Origin: a virus
Taxonomy: Duplodnaviria; Caudoviricetes
Length of the DNA: 55,527 bases
Reading direction: 5' to 3' (one strand)
IMG/VR virus record: IMGVR_UViG_3300032163_000018
Span: 1-55,527 of that record
Shown here: positions 28,190 to 36,894 of the stretch, one piece after another
Layout: every line of letters begins with the position of its first letter
Numbering within the stretch: position 1 is the stretch's first letter
The notes under the pieces: model-generated
The model's input: only the letters and a program-made list of their open reading frames with translations
Told to the model about the DNA's origin: nothing
Databases searched by the model: none
Position numbers and translations under genes: made by a program

Positions 28190-28424
28190 ACGATTAGATT
28201 CAATATCTATAAAATGGTCAAAATTCCATGATGGGTTAGCGTATAAGGCTACTGATAATCTATATGAAGCCGGGAAAATATATGACAGATTTATGGGAGG
28301 ATACTCTAAGCCAGGTCTTTTTTCTGATTGGGGTCAAGATGTACCTAGTTTAGTCAAGGAACTTGAAAGATTAGGATATGATATAACAACGCTTAGGTTC
28401 TCAGTAAAGAAGAAGAATAAATGA
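28170..28424 (+). CDS. Hypothetical phage protein
   Basis: C-terminal SLVKELERLGYDITTLRFSV motif. Confidence 0.65.
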   Translation: MKKRKTKRLDSISIKWSKFHDGLAYKATDNLYEAGKIYDRFMGGYSKPGLFSDWGQDVPSLVKELERLGYDITTLRFSVKKKNK

Positions 28425-28630
28425 ATAATCAATCTCATAAAGCTGCATTATATCTTGTTAGAGTTAATCCTAAAAGATATAAATTTATATCAGAAGATGA
28501 CTGGGTTCATTTAATAGATATTTATTCAGAAAAAAGACATCATACAAGAAGGGCATTTGAATATTGCGAAGTCTCTTATTATAAACAGATACCATTATAT
28601 TCATATTATTGTCCCGTTTGGCTATTATAA
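28421..28630 (+). CDS. Hypothetical protein
   Basis: 69 aa, ATGA overlap. Confidence 0.5.
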   Translation: MNNQSHKAALYLVRVNPKRYKFISEDDWVHLIDIYSEKRHHTRRAFEYCEVSYYKQIPLYSYYCPVWLL

Positions 28631-28669
28631 TATATAAAAATGAATAATTCATCATTACAATGAGGTTTT

Positions 28670-29131
28670 ATGATTAGTAATAAATTTCTTTATGGAACAC
28701 ATGTAATAGATACAAGAGATAATATGACAGGAATAATCGTACCATCTAATTGGGTATGGGGTGAGAACTGTAGCACAGCAGAAGAATTTGATTATAGCCT
28801 TCAAACTTCAGATCTAACTGTTTATTATTATAATGAAAGAGACAAAACAGTTTATGCAATTCTCGAAAAATATGTTGCCGCCGATCCGATTTTTTCTTCC
28901 AGGTTAAAATATTCAACATATTTTTTTACTAATATTAATGATGAATTTAGAAATCATTCAAATTATGATCTCTTTCCTGATATGAGATACATGGCATATA
29001 GCTATGGGAGATTAAATAAAGAATTCATTAAGAATAAACAGAGTAAATGTCCTCATTTTAATAGAAAACCAATTTTATTACTAAATTCAGTAGTCTATAA
29101 CTGTGCAGACTGTGGAGAGGCTTTAGAGTGA
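28670..29131 (+). CDS. Hypothetical protein with C-terminal Zn-binding motif
   Basis: CPH...CADCG; GAGG RBS. Confidence 0.6.
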   Translation: MISNKFLYGTHVIDTRDNMTGIIVPSNWVWGENCSTAEEFDYSLQTSDLTVYYYNERDKTVYAILEKYVAADPIFSSRLKYSTYFFTNINDEFRNHSNYDLFPDMRYMAYSYGRLNKEFIKNKQSKCPHFNRKPILLLNSVVYNCADCGEALE

Positions 29132-29598
29132 AAATAGATGAAATGTTAGTGGCTAATCACGCTCAACATTCGTTAGAGAATGAATTAATAAAATTCATAG
29201 GTACACCCATAAATAAAGAAGACATTGAAAAAGCCATAATAAATAATTTAAACTATCTTAAAGACAAGGGACTTATAATAGATTTAGATACTGATTCGAT
29301 CAAGATAGAGCAGCTATGGAAGTCATGGAACTGTAGACAAAAATTAAAATGGTTATTCTATAATAAGATTCCTTTAATTAAAGACATGTCTAACGAGATA
29401 AGGAGAAATGTAGAAGATTACAATGAAGTTTTGCGTAGGATTAATCATGAAGATATTGATTTATTTAGCGAGAAAGAACTTCCTCCACATCTAATCTCAG
29501 ATCCAAAAAGTATATATATTAATGATGTGAAGATACAATTAAACCAATCTATTGAATATTTGAATATAGAAGTAGTATTGAGTGGAGATAATATTTAA
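29128..29598 (+). CDS. Protein resembling a tail sheath C-terminal domain
   Basis: KFIGTP...I...L..LKDKGLI...VKIQLNQSIEYLNIEVVL. Confidence 0.45.
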   Translation: MKIDEMLVANHAQHSLENELIKFIGTPINKEDIEKAIINNLNYLKDKGLIIDLDTDSIKIEQLWKSWNCRQKLKWLFYNKIPLIKDMSNEIRRNVEDYNEVLRRINHEDIDLFSEKELPPHLISDPKSIYINDVKIQLNQSIEYLNIEVVLSGDNI

Positions 29599-29792
29599 TG
29601 AAAAAAAATATAGTAAGCGGCACTATTTTAGATGCTCGTAAAGTTGAAGACGTATTGCATGTTGTTTTAACTAACGGTTCTAAGACTGAAATATCTTTAA
29701 GTAAAGAATTTATGAAATTGTTCGAGGATTTATATTTTAAAAATGGCAACGATATACACATAGAAATTTATGAAAAAAATAATAATGAGTGA
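29598..29792 (+). CDS. Hypothetical protein
   Basis: 64 aa, TAATG overlap. Confidence 0.55.
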   Translation: MKKNIVSGTILDARKVEDVLHVVLTNGSKTEISLSKEFMKLFEDLYFKNGNDIHIEIYEKNNNE

Positions 29793-30015
29793 AATGAAAA
29801 TTATACCATTAACTAGGAAGAGGATAACTATTGATTTAATTGTTCCAGAAGAAGTACTCTTAGCCATGTTAGATGATATATTTAATAAGGGTTTAGAAGA
29901 TTATCTAATCCCTACTGCCCTTGGATACGTGAAGTTTAAATCAAGTTGTCCAGAACAAGAAAGTAAAGAGAAACCTATGTTTATTTTTGATATTAATAGT
30001 GATATAATAAACTAG
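29785..30015 (+). CDS. Hypothetical protein
   Basis: Operon-packed ORF; start uncertain. Confidence 0.5.
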   Translation: MSEMKIIPLTRKRITIDLIVPEEVLLAMLDDIFNKGLEDYLIPTALGYVKFKSSCPEQESKEKPMFIFDINSDIIN

Positions 30016-30016
30016 T

Positions 30017-30577
30017 ATGAGGCGTAAGATGGAAATGGAATCTGAGGATAAATACTCTGTTGGAGAGTATGTTCATGACGACCTTACTGGAAATAGAGTA
30101 ATGATTTTAAAGATAGAAGATGAAATATTGAAAACCGATACTGGAGTTTTCTTTAAGGAAAGCATAAAAGTAGATAGTGAATATTTAGATGGCAAAAGAT
30201 ATGTTTGGGAAATAAGTAAAATTAAGGTTGAAGTGAAAAATAAGAAGAGTGCTGATCTTAAAGACGCAGTTATAAGTGAAGAGCCTTTAGAAAAAACGAA
30301 GAAAGATCTTAAGGAAACAGCCCTAGCTCTTGATAAGAAACTTTATCCTAGAAAGAAGAATAATAAGGGAAAAATCTTTTGCCCATATTGTATGGATTAT
30401 AGAAAAGTTAAATTAAAGAATATTGAAGATGATTTTGATTTTAAGAATGAAAAGATAAAAACAACTACGAAATTAATAGAGTGTCAAAAATGTGGAGAAG
30501 TTTTTCCTACTAAAAAATATCCAGACACGGCATTAGAAAGTCTTTATAAAGAATACGAGAGACGAATAAAAAAATGA
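30017..30577 (+). CDS. Protein with C-terminal Zn ribbon (MqsA/YgiT-like CxxC pair)
   Basis: CPYC...CQKCGE. Confidence 0.6.
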   Translation: MRRKMEMESEDKYSVGEYVHDDLTGNRVMILKIEDEILKTDTGVFFKESIKVDSEYLDGKRYVWEISKIKVEVKNKKSADLKDAVISEEPLEKTKKDLKETALALDKKLYPRKKNNKGKIFCPYCMDYRKVKLKNIEDDFDFKNEKIKTTTKLIECQKCGEVFPTKKYPDTALESLYKEYERRIKK

Positions 30578-30858
30578 CTAAACTATTAATTTTATTAACA
30601 TTAATCTCTTGCTCTCAAAAAGACCCTAAGTATAAAGTAGGTCAATCCGTTGTTTTTAACGATGAGATTCATTCTTACTGTATAAACAGAGGAATTATTA
30701 CAAATTACGACGAAGACGGTTACACTGTAACTACGATGCAAAGAAGTAATAACTGTCCTTCTATTTATAAAATGGCTGAAGAAGATATAATAGAGGTTAT
30801 TGACGAACGAATGGTACACATAACGGCAGACCCAAGCAAATGGGTAAGGGAGAAATAA
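30574..30858 (+). CDS. Small lipoprotein
   Basis: MTKLLILLTLISC lipobox; KYKVGQSV SH3/KOW-like start. Confidence 0.6.
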   Translation: MTKLLILLTLISCSQKDPKYKVGQSVVFNDEIHSYCINRGIITNYDEDGYTVTTMQRSNNCPSIYKMAEEDIIEVIDERMVHITADPSKWVREK

Positions 30859-30859
30859 T

Positions 30860-31102
30860 ATGTCTAAGTTTATTTTTAGGAAAGTTAAGAACCCACACAA
30901 TTTGTTTGAAACAACGGTAGATCTTACCTTGGAATCAGATGCAAAGCTATTGCCTGAGATCTTAGAAGATTTTGCTAGTTTTCTTCGTGGTAGTGGATAT
31001 GTTATTGACGGAACTTTAGAAGTAGTCCCAGAAGATCTCGTTCTTCCTAGGTCTAGATCCGAGATTGATGGTCAATCAACTAAAGAATTAAGCAAATTAT
31101 GA
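30860..31102 (+). CDS. Hypothetical phage protein
   Basis: LPEILEDFASFLRGSGY motif. Confidence 0.65.
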   Translation: MSKFIFRKVKNPHNLFETTVDLTLESDAKLLPEILEDFASFLRGSGYVIDGTLEVVPEDLVLPRSRSEIDGQSTKELSKL

Positions 31103-31117
31103 AATAGGAGATCACAA

Positions 31118-31330
31118 ATGAAAAATTTTATTATTGTAGTTAAAGAAACCGTAACCATGGAATATCTTGTTAAAGCAAAGAATGAGAAAGAAGCTAGGAA
31201 TAAATTTGATAACGGCGAAGCAGTTGACGGTTATGATATAGATTGTCAGATAGACGAAATTTTAAGCATTAAAGAATATAAAGAAGATCAATCGTACAAA
31301 TCCCAAGGCGACGGGCATATTGGAGAGTAA
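31118..31330 (+). CDS. Hypothetical phage protein
   Basis: VKAKNEKEA motif, AGGAG RBS. Confidence 0.65.
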   Translation: MKNFIIVVKETVTMEYLVKAKNEKEARNKFDNGEAVDGYDIDCQIDEILSIKEYKEDQSYKSQGDGHIGE

Positions 31331-31449
31331 TGTAACTGCCATGTCATTGCACCCAGTTACATAAGATAATCTTATAACTATTTGATTTTATTGAATTGTT
31401 ATAGCCCATACTACTTAATAATCACATAACAGTTACATAAACAAATCAC
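31330..31449. promoter_or_regulatory. Regulatory region with inverted repeats and an IHF-like site
   Basis: ATGTAACTG/CAGTTACAT inverted repeat. CAGTTACATAA occurs twice. AATCAA-ATAG-TTA (IHF consensus) on the minus strand at 31375-31387. Confidence 0.55.
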
Positions 31450-31477
31450 TAAAATGTCACAAAATAGGGAATTAATA

Positions 31478-31506
31478 TTGACTTCCTTTTAGATTTATGC
31501 TATAAT
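31478..31506 (+). promoter_or_regulatory. Sigma70 promoter
   Basis: TTGACT-17 bp-TATAAT with TG extension. Confidence 0.8.
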
Positions 31507-31524
31507 AATTGAAATGGAGGTTTT

Positions 31525-31725
31525 ATGCTTTACAAGAATAAACAAGGTGAAGAAATAGAGCTAGAACTATACGGAAAATACGATGACGATATCCAGGTAA
31601 GTAATGCTTACTATGCAGATAAAGAAGGCGAAGTTTCTGACGATGAAATTGAATACATAATGGAATACTATTCTTCAGAAATATATGAGCAATGGTATCA
31701 AAATAAGGTTGGAGAATCTGAATAA
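31525..31725 (+). CDS. Highly acidic small protein
   Basis: GGAGG RBS, first gene after a strong promoter. Confidence 0.65.
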   Translation: MLYKNKQGEEIELELYGKYDDDIQVSNAYYADKEGEVSDDEIEYIMEYYSSEIYEQWYQNKVGESE

Positions 31726-31743
31726 AATCTTTAAGGAGAGTCT

Positions 31744-32082
31744 ATGTGTATTCCTAGTTCATTTAAAACAGAAGTTGATATCGACATATTTCTTAAACAT
31801 GACAAAGATAAGTCATTAGAGACTAAAACAATTATCCTTGAATGGAGCCTTGAGCTGGAAGTTAGAAAGTTTGGCATAAAGTCTTTTGTAGTAGTAGTTC
31901 CAGATCAGAAGATAGAGGTTGATTTCACAGAATATAGAGAAAATTCAGACGAAGATGTCATTACTACTGAAACAGTGATGGTTAAGAACGTTTCGGTTGA
32001 TATGAGCGAATCTAAATCATTATATGGATTAAGTCCTAAGTCACTAATATTTCATGATAACGAATGGAAACTGGAGTTTTAA
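31744..32082 (+). CDS. Hypothetical protein
   Basis: 112 aa, AAGGAG RBS. Confidence 0.65.
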   Translation: MCIPSSFKTEVDIDIFLKHDKDKSLETKTIILEWSLELEVRKFGIKSFVVVVPDQKIEVDFTEYRENSDEDVITTETVMVKNVSVDMSESKSLYGLSPKSLIFHDNEWKLEF

Positions 32083-32304
32083 ATGAAAAAATTTAAAATA
32101 CTGAAAGATGTGGAAGTAACTAGGGAAGAGTACGTTGATAAACAGTTAAAAAGAATTAGGTTATATGACGACGATAGAGTTAAGGAAACGAAAAGACATT
32201 TACGGGCTTTGGCTAAAATTAATCAAACGCAAGACAGGATACGAAAAGACATAAGAGAGGCTATAGGTGGAGATCTACAGGAATCTGATAATGTTGGATA
32301 TTGA
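32083..32304 (+). CDS. Hypothetical protein
   Basis: 73 aa, GGAG RBS. Confidence 0.6.
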   Translation: MKKFKILKDVEVTREEYVDKQLKRIRLYDDDRVKETKRHLRALAKINQTQDRIRKDIREAIGGDLQESDNVGY

Positions 32305-32522
32305 GGAATATAATGGGATTTAGAAGATTCGGAAGCTCACTAATAAATAATGACAAACCGGTATTTATACTGTAACCTATGTTGGTGATTTCACTTTAGA
32401 AATGATCATGAATCTTGTTAATTGGATATTAACCAATATGGATATTGACTTGGAAAAATATTCATGGGATATTGTTGGTAAAGAAACAGACAAAAACGGA
32501 ACTAAACTTAATGTGAGGGTTT

Positions 32523-33092
32523 ATGAAAGAAATTGAAAAACTAAAACAAGAGTTTAACAATTATAAGATTACCGTGATTGAAAATACGCCTAACGTACAA
32601 GTATTTTTAGCTAAGATGCCTAATACCTCATCTTTTTCTTTTCAGGTAGTCATAGCCTCTAACATGATAGCTATGAGCGGCGATATATACAATCTTATGA
32701 TTAATCCTGGGTATGGACGTGGAATTGGATGGCTTAGAAGCTCTATAAACTCTCCTATATACGTGCGTGAGAAGATGCCACGTCAATTCTATAGTGACAG
32801 AGAATGGGAATCTGAAGATGCTAAAAAGGCTTTAAAAGAATACTTAGATCAAAAAACTCAGGATGATCCTGAAACTAAAGAAAAAAATGATGAGATCTTA
32901 GAAGAATGTAAATATTACGTCGGTATTGATCAACTGTTCTATAGTTTTTGCACTAATAATGGCATAGATGAACCTTATGATATTTATAAAGGAAATATTA
33001 GTCATCAGCAGATATTTCAACTAGCTGCATTAACTTGGTTCTGCGAGGAGCTTGATAGGATGGAATTTAAAGTGAAGGAAGGCGAGAGTTGA
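32523..33092 (+). CDS. Hypothetical phage protein
   Basis: 189 aa, GAGG RBS. Confidence 0.7.
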   Translation: MKEIEKLKQEFNNYKITVIENTPNVQVFLAKMPNTSSFSFQVVIASNMIAMSGDIYNLMINPGYGRGIGWLRSSINSPIYVREKMPRQFYSDREWESEDAKKALKEYLDQKTQDDPETKEKNDEILEECKYYVGIDQLFYSFCTNNGIDEPYDIYKGNISHQQIFQLAALTWFCEELDRMEFKVKEGES

Positions 33093-33117
33093 GATAGATG
33101 AATAAATGCGCTATATT
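33089..33117 (+). promoter_or_regulatory. Sigma70 promoter
   Basis: TTGAGA-17 bp-TATATT. Confidence 0.45.
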
Positions 33118-33134
33118 AAAATCTGGAGATATTT

Positions 33135-33632
33135 ATGTACGTATTGAATAATTTTCCGTATATCAAACAATCCGCCAACAGTTCTTGTTGCGGCGCATAT
33201 TCTATCTGGATGGTAGATCAGTATCTAAGATTTAAGCTAAAAACTCCTAAGAAGTTTGATGAGATGCTGGATAGATATATTGGCATCACACCTCAGCAGC
33301 TAATAAAGAAATGTAAAGTTTCTAAGAAATGGGGTACTGAAACTAAGGATCTTGTTAGGGTTCTAAAAGAACTTGGCTATACTATTAATAAATTAACTAA
33401 AAACAGAAGATATGATATAAAAGATATAAAGAAGTCCGTAGATAATGGATTTCCAGTAATAGTAGTAGTACATACCGAAGCCACTTGTTCTCACTGGTGT
33501 GTTATAAAAGGTTATACGGATAATGCTTTTATATTCGCCGATAGCTATTATGGTGATGGAGCTATAAGGTATTTTGATGAGTTAAACTATAGAATGGATG
33601 AAATTTATAGTATAACAGTAGGAGAGTTATGA
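33135..33632 (+). CDS. Peptidase C39-like cysteine protease
   Basis: KQ...CCG...GT...HWCVIKGY...FADS catalytic pattern. Confidence 0.8.
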   Translation: MYVLNNFPYIKQSANSSCCGAYSIWMVDQYLRFKLKTPKKFDEMLDRYIGITPQQLIKKCKVSKKWGTETKDLVRVLKELGYTINKLTKNRRYDIKDIKKSVDNGFPVIVVVHTEATCSHWCVIKGYTDNAFIFADSYYGDGAIRYFDELNYRMDEIYSITVGEL

Positions 33633-33856
33633 ATAAAATACAAAAACTTAAAGACGGTAGGGAATTTTTAACTAAGAACGGTACTTTTATTCCAGAGGAA
33701 GGCGAAGGTTTCTACTATATTTTTCTCACATCCGGCTATGTGAAAGTTTTACCTGCAACAGCTATCTTTGATTACGAAGATTCTTTCAACAACTTTAAAA
33801 CCAAAGAAGATGCAGAGAAAGCGGCAGTAATTATAAGGGCGGCTTTGGGTGAATAA
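33629..33856 (+). CDS. Hypothetical protein
   Basis: FKTKEDAEKA motif. Confidence 0.6.
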   Translation: MNKIQKLKDGREFLTKNGTFIPEEGEGFYYIFLTSGYVKVLPATAIFDYEDSFNNFKTKEDAEKAAVIIRAALGE

Positions 33857-33918
33857 AATAAATAATAATAAATTAGATTGCGAACCTATAACTTTGTTTA
33901 TTCTATTTTGGAGGAACC

Positions 33919-34203
33919 GTGTCAAGATTCGAGTATATCCAGTATGACCAAAAGTCTTATGAAACTCACAAAAAGATTCTGGAATCTGTTAAAGAATTAG
34001 AGAATTTAATAGAAACTTTAATTCCAGAACATAAAAGAGGAACGTTTGATGGTTTTATTTTGGAAAACACGAATAAATCAAAAGATTACGCTCTAGCCAG
34101 ACTAGAAGAGGTTTTCGTGCACGTTGGTAAGGCTATTAAATACGATCAAACCATTATCAGGAATGTTCCGGTAACTAAATTAGAGAAAAGGGAGAAAGAA
34201 TGA
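33919..34203 (+). CDS. Hypothetical helical protein
   Basis: GGAGG RBS; SKDYALARLEE...KAI resembles small helical phage proteins. Confidence 0.6.
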   Translation: MSRFEYIQYDQKSYETHKKILESVKELENLIETLIPEHKRGTFDGFILENTNKSKDYALARLEEVFVHVGKAIKYDQTIIRNVPVTKLEKREKE

Positions 34204-34385
34204 AAATAAAAATAGAATTAACAGAAGCAGACTTAAAAAAACTAGTTATGAATCATATAGACGCTACCCTTGGAGGAGTTTCTGTTAGAGAAATTGACGT
34301 AGAAATAATGGTAAAAACTAATCAAAACTATAAGGATGAGTGGGAAAAGGGTGCTTTTAAGGCTATAGTAGAGAAGATAGTATGA
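34200..34385 (+). CDS. Hypothetical protein
   Basis: 61 aa, ATGA overlap. Confidence 0.6.
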   Translation: MKIKIELTEADLKKLVMNHIDATLGGVSVREIDVEIMVKTNQNYKDEWEKGAFKAIVEKIV

Positions 34386-34633
34386 TGAATAAACTTAAAT
34401 ACTTATATTACAAATTGTATAGAAATTATACAGGACTTCCCCATAGAAAGCATTGTTTAGAAGCTAGAGAAACTTTTTTAAAACAATGGAAGGAATGTGA
34501 AGCACTTATAAACGGTAGAGTTCCTGGGATATTATTTAGTTATGGTCACGGAAAGAGTTTAATGGAAATAGCTAAAACGGAGAATGTGACTAGCGAAAGA
34601 ATCAGACAAATAATTAGGAAGTATACGAGATAA
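34382..34633 (+). CDS. Sigma70 region 4-like HTH protein
   Basis: SLMEIAKTENVTSERIRQII matches RpoD region 4.2 (TLEEVG...VTRERIRQI). Confidence 0.7.
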   Translation: MMNKLKYLYYKLYRNYTGLPHRKHCLEARETFLKQWKECEALINGRVPGILFSYGHGKSLMEIAKTENVTSERIRQIIRKYTR

Positions 34634-34650
34634 TATGGTATAATGATTTT

Positions 34651-34752
34651 ATGAGAAATATTGTAATGGTTATATTATCAAGAATAGCATTAACTTTAAT
34701 AGTAGCTTATTTATTAAGTCTACTACTCAGAAATGCTATTTTAATTAAATAA
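34651..34752 (+). CDS. 33-aa hydrophobic peptide, possibly leaderless (not in ORF track)
   Basis: TGGTATAAT ends 6 nt before the ATG; one TM helix. Confidence 0.4.
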   Translation: MRNIVMVILSRIALTLIVAYLLSLLLRNAILIK

Positions 34753-34765
34753 ATGAGTTTAGAAA

Positions 34766-35026
34766 ATGAACTACGTAACATCAGCTACTTACCCGCCTAA
34801 ATGCTGGTATAAATACTATTTTTATTTTCAAAAATATAGACTCTATGGTATGTATAATAGTAGTAGCGGATGCTTTGATATGCTTGAACATAGTTCTGAA
34901 TGGACATTAACGCCTCAACATATTTATGAAGAAATGTATAAGATCAAGATTCATAGGGTTATATGTATACATAGTGAAGATAAGCCCGAAGACGATACAT
35001 GGGAGCGTGCATGGTGGAATTTTTAG
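34766..35026 (+). CDS. Hypothetical protein
   Basis: 86 aa ORF on the operon strand. Confidence 0.5.
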   Translation: MNYVTSATYPPKCWYKYYFYFQKYRLYGMYNSSSGCFDMLEHSSEWTLTPQHIYEEMYKIKIHRVICIHSEDKPEDDTWERAWWNF

Positions 35027-35328
35027 AAAATCTTTTTAAACTTTTTCTTCTGTTTGCAATACCGTCTATTTTAATATTAACGGTAGGGTTTGTTATTTTA
35101 TGGTCAGATAAGATAGGAAAGAAGAAAAAGAATAAAAAGAAGAAAGATCATGTCCGCTTAGCGCCAGGAACTTATAGTATAAGTTCCACCGCAAAACCCA
35201 CGCTTTTACCTACAGATACTCAAATTATTAAAATCAACGAAGGATTAGAAGATATTAAAAATGGTAATTATGCTTATAAGGTTATAACTACGCCGAAGAA
35301 AAATAAAAAACCAAGGAAAAAGAAATGA
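35011..35328 (+). CDS. Membrane-anchored basic protein
   Basis: N-terminal TM, then Lys-rich. Start moved to the Met after GGAG. Confidence 0.55.
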   Translation: MVEFLENLFKLFLLFAIPSILILTVGFVILWSDKIGKKKKNKKKKDHVRLAPGTYSISSTAKPTLLPTDTQIIKINEGLEDIKNGNYAYKVITTPKKNKKPRKKK

Positions 35329-36419
35329 AAATTCAAGTACAAAAGGTTAAATCAAGTAATATTGAATCTGTAGGTTATAATTCAATTACTAAGGATCTTT
35401 TGGTAGTTTTTAAGGGAAATAATGAATATCTATATAATAATGTTCCTCAAGAGCATTATGAAAAAATGATAGATTCTACGATTTCTCCGGGTTCATATTT
35501 AGCTAAAAGTATTAAGGGTCATTTTGAATATTCTAAAGTAAAAGATGTGGCTACTACGGAACCATTGCTCAAAAATGACGGAACCGCTGCCCAAAAACAA
35601 TCAATTAAAACAATGAGTCTTAAGGGTTTGGAATTTAAAGCAAAAGAACTGGTTGAGAATCTTAAAGAAAGTGGTTTTGTATTGATTACGGGTCATGATC
35701 TAACCAAAGAAGATATAGACTTATTTTATTCCGAATGGGAAAATTTCTTTAATTCTGATGAAAAGAATTTTTATCTATACAACGAAGATCAATCTGGATA
35801 TTTCCCTATGGAATCTGAAAAAGCTAAGTATAGCGACATTCCTGACTTAAAAGAATTTTATCAATATTACGAAGGTTTAAGCATAGATCCAATAATGGGA
35901 CTGACCAAGCATATTAGACAGGATTTGAACCAATTAGGTCATTTTCTTCTTCTTCAAATCTTTAAAGGACTGCCCGAAGAAATTAGAAACTCTACTAGCG
36001 AACCAATCCCAAACATGGTTTTGGATTCTAAGGGTGCTATGTTTAGGATTATTAATTATCCTCCAATGACTAATATTCCAGTTGGAGCGGTTAGATCTGC
36101 TGCTCACGAAGATATAAATCTTATCACTTTACTCCCAATGTCTACGGCGGAAGGGTTACAGATTCTTGGAAATAATGGTGAATGGATTGATGTTGGTGGA
36201 GATCCTCATGCTATTATAGTAAATGTTGGAGATATGCTATCTGCGGCTACTAAGGGCTATTTAAAATCAACAACTCATCGTGTAGTTAATAAGAACATGG
36301 ATAAACCTAGGCTTTCAGCTCCTTTGTTTATTCATCCAAGACCGGAAGTTGTTTTGTCTGAAGGATTAACTGCTGGACAGTATTTAGAAGAAAGACTTAA
36401 GCAGATAAGGGCAAAATGA
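35325..36419 (+). CDS. KTSC domain fused to IPNS-like 2OG-Fe(II) dioxygenase
   Basis: N-terminal VKSSNIESVGY..L.V.F....Y.Y.NVP (KTSC). C-terminal HED...NVGDML...HRV...RLS (HxD..H, RxS). Confidence 0.85.
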   Translation: MKIQVQKVKSSNIESVGYNSITKDLLVVFKGNNEYLYNNVPQEHYEKMIDSTISPGSYLAKSIKGHFEYSKVKDVATTEPLLKNDGTAAQKQSIKTMSLKGLEFKAKELVENLKESGFVLITGHDLTKEDIDLFYSEWENFFNSDEKNFYLYNEDQSGYFPMESEKAKYSDIPDLKEFYQYYEGLSIDPIMGLTKHIRQDLNQLGHFLLLQIFKGLPEEIRNSTSEPIPNMVLDSKGAMFRIINYPPMTNIPVGAVRSAAHEDINLITLLPMSTAEGLQILGNNGEWIDVGGDPHAIIVNVGDMLSAATKGYLKSTTHRVVNKNMDKPRLSAPLFIHPRPEVVLSEGLTAGQYLEERLKQIRAK

Positions 36420-36670
36420 AAAACCTTATTATAACTTCTGTAATCGGTATACTTATTTTTATAGTAATTGGACTAGCTTCTATCCTTAAGAATATATCTG
36501 AAAGTTATGATTATAACATGTTAGTTTATTGTAGAACTGGCTATTTGGGAGCCATAAGCAAATATTGGGATAAATCTGGAGAGAATCCAGATACTGTTTT
36601 AAAGATAGCTAATAAATTTTGTGTAGATTCTATGCCTTTTATTAAAGAAAGATTGCAAAATCAAAAGTAG
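36416..36670 (+). CDS. Membrane-anchored hypothetical protein
   Basis: N-terminal TM helix. Confidence 0.55.
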   Translation: MKNLIITSVIGILIFIVIGLASILKNISESYDYNMLVYCRTGYLGAISKYWDKSGENPDTVLKIANKFCVDSMPFIKERLQNQK

Positions 36671-36678
36671 GAGGATTT

Positions 36679-36894
36679 ATGGGGCTTGGATTTAACAAAC
36701 ACAAATGCTCTGAATGTGAGTTAGAATTTAATTCTATGTGGAATTCAGTTACGATGGAGTTCTGGGATGGTAGATGTCCATCTTGTAGGTCAACAGATGT
36801 TTTCACTATAAAAGAACCATGTCCTGAGATAGAATCTATAACCATAACTAATGGTAAGGGTTTTTTGTTTATAAAGGCTAATGATGACACCTGA
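36679..36894 (+). CDS. Zn-ribbon protein
   Basis: CSEC...CPSC, AGGAGG RBS. Confidence 0.65.
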   Translation: MGLGFNKHKCSECELEFNSMWNSVTMEFWDGRCPSCRSTDVFTIKEPCPEIESITITNGKGFLFIKANDDT

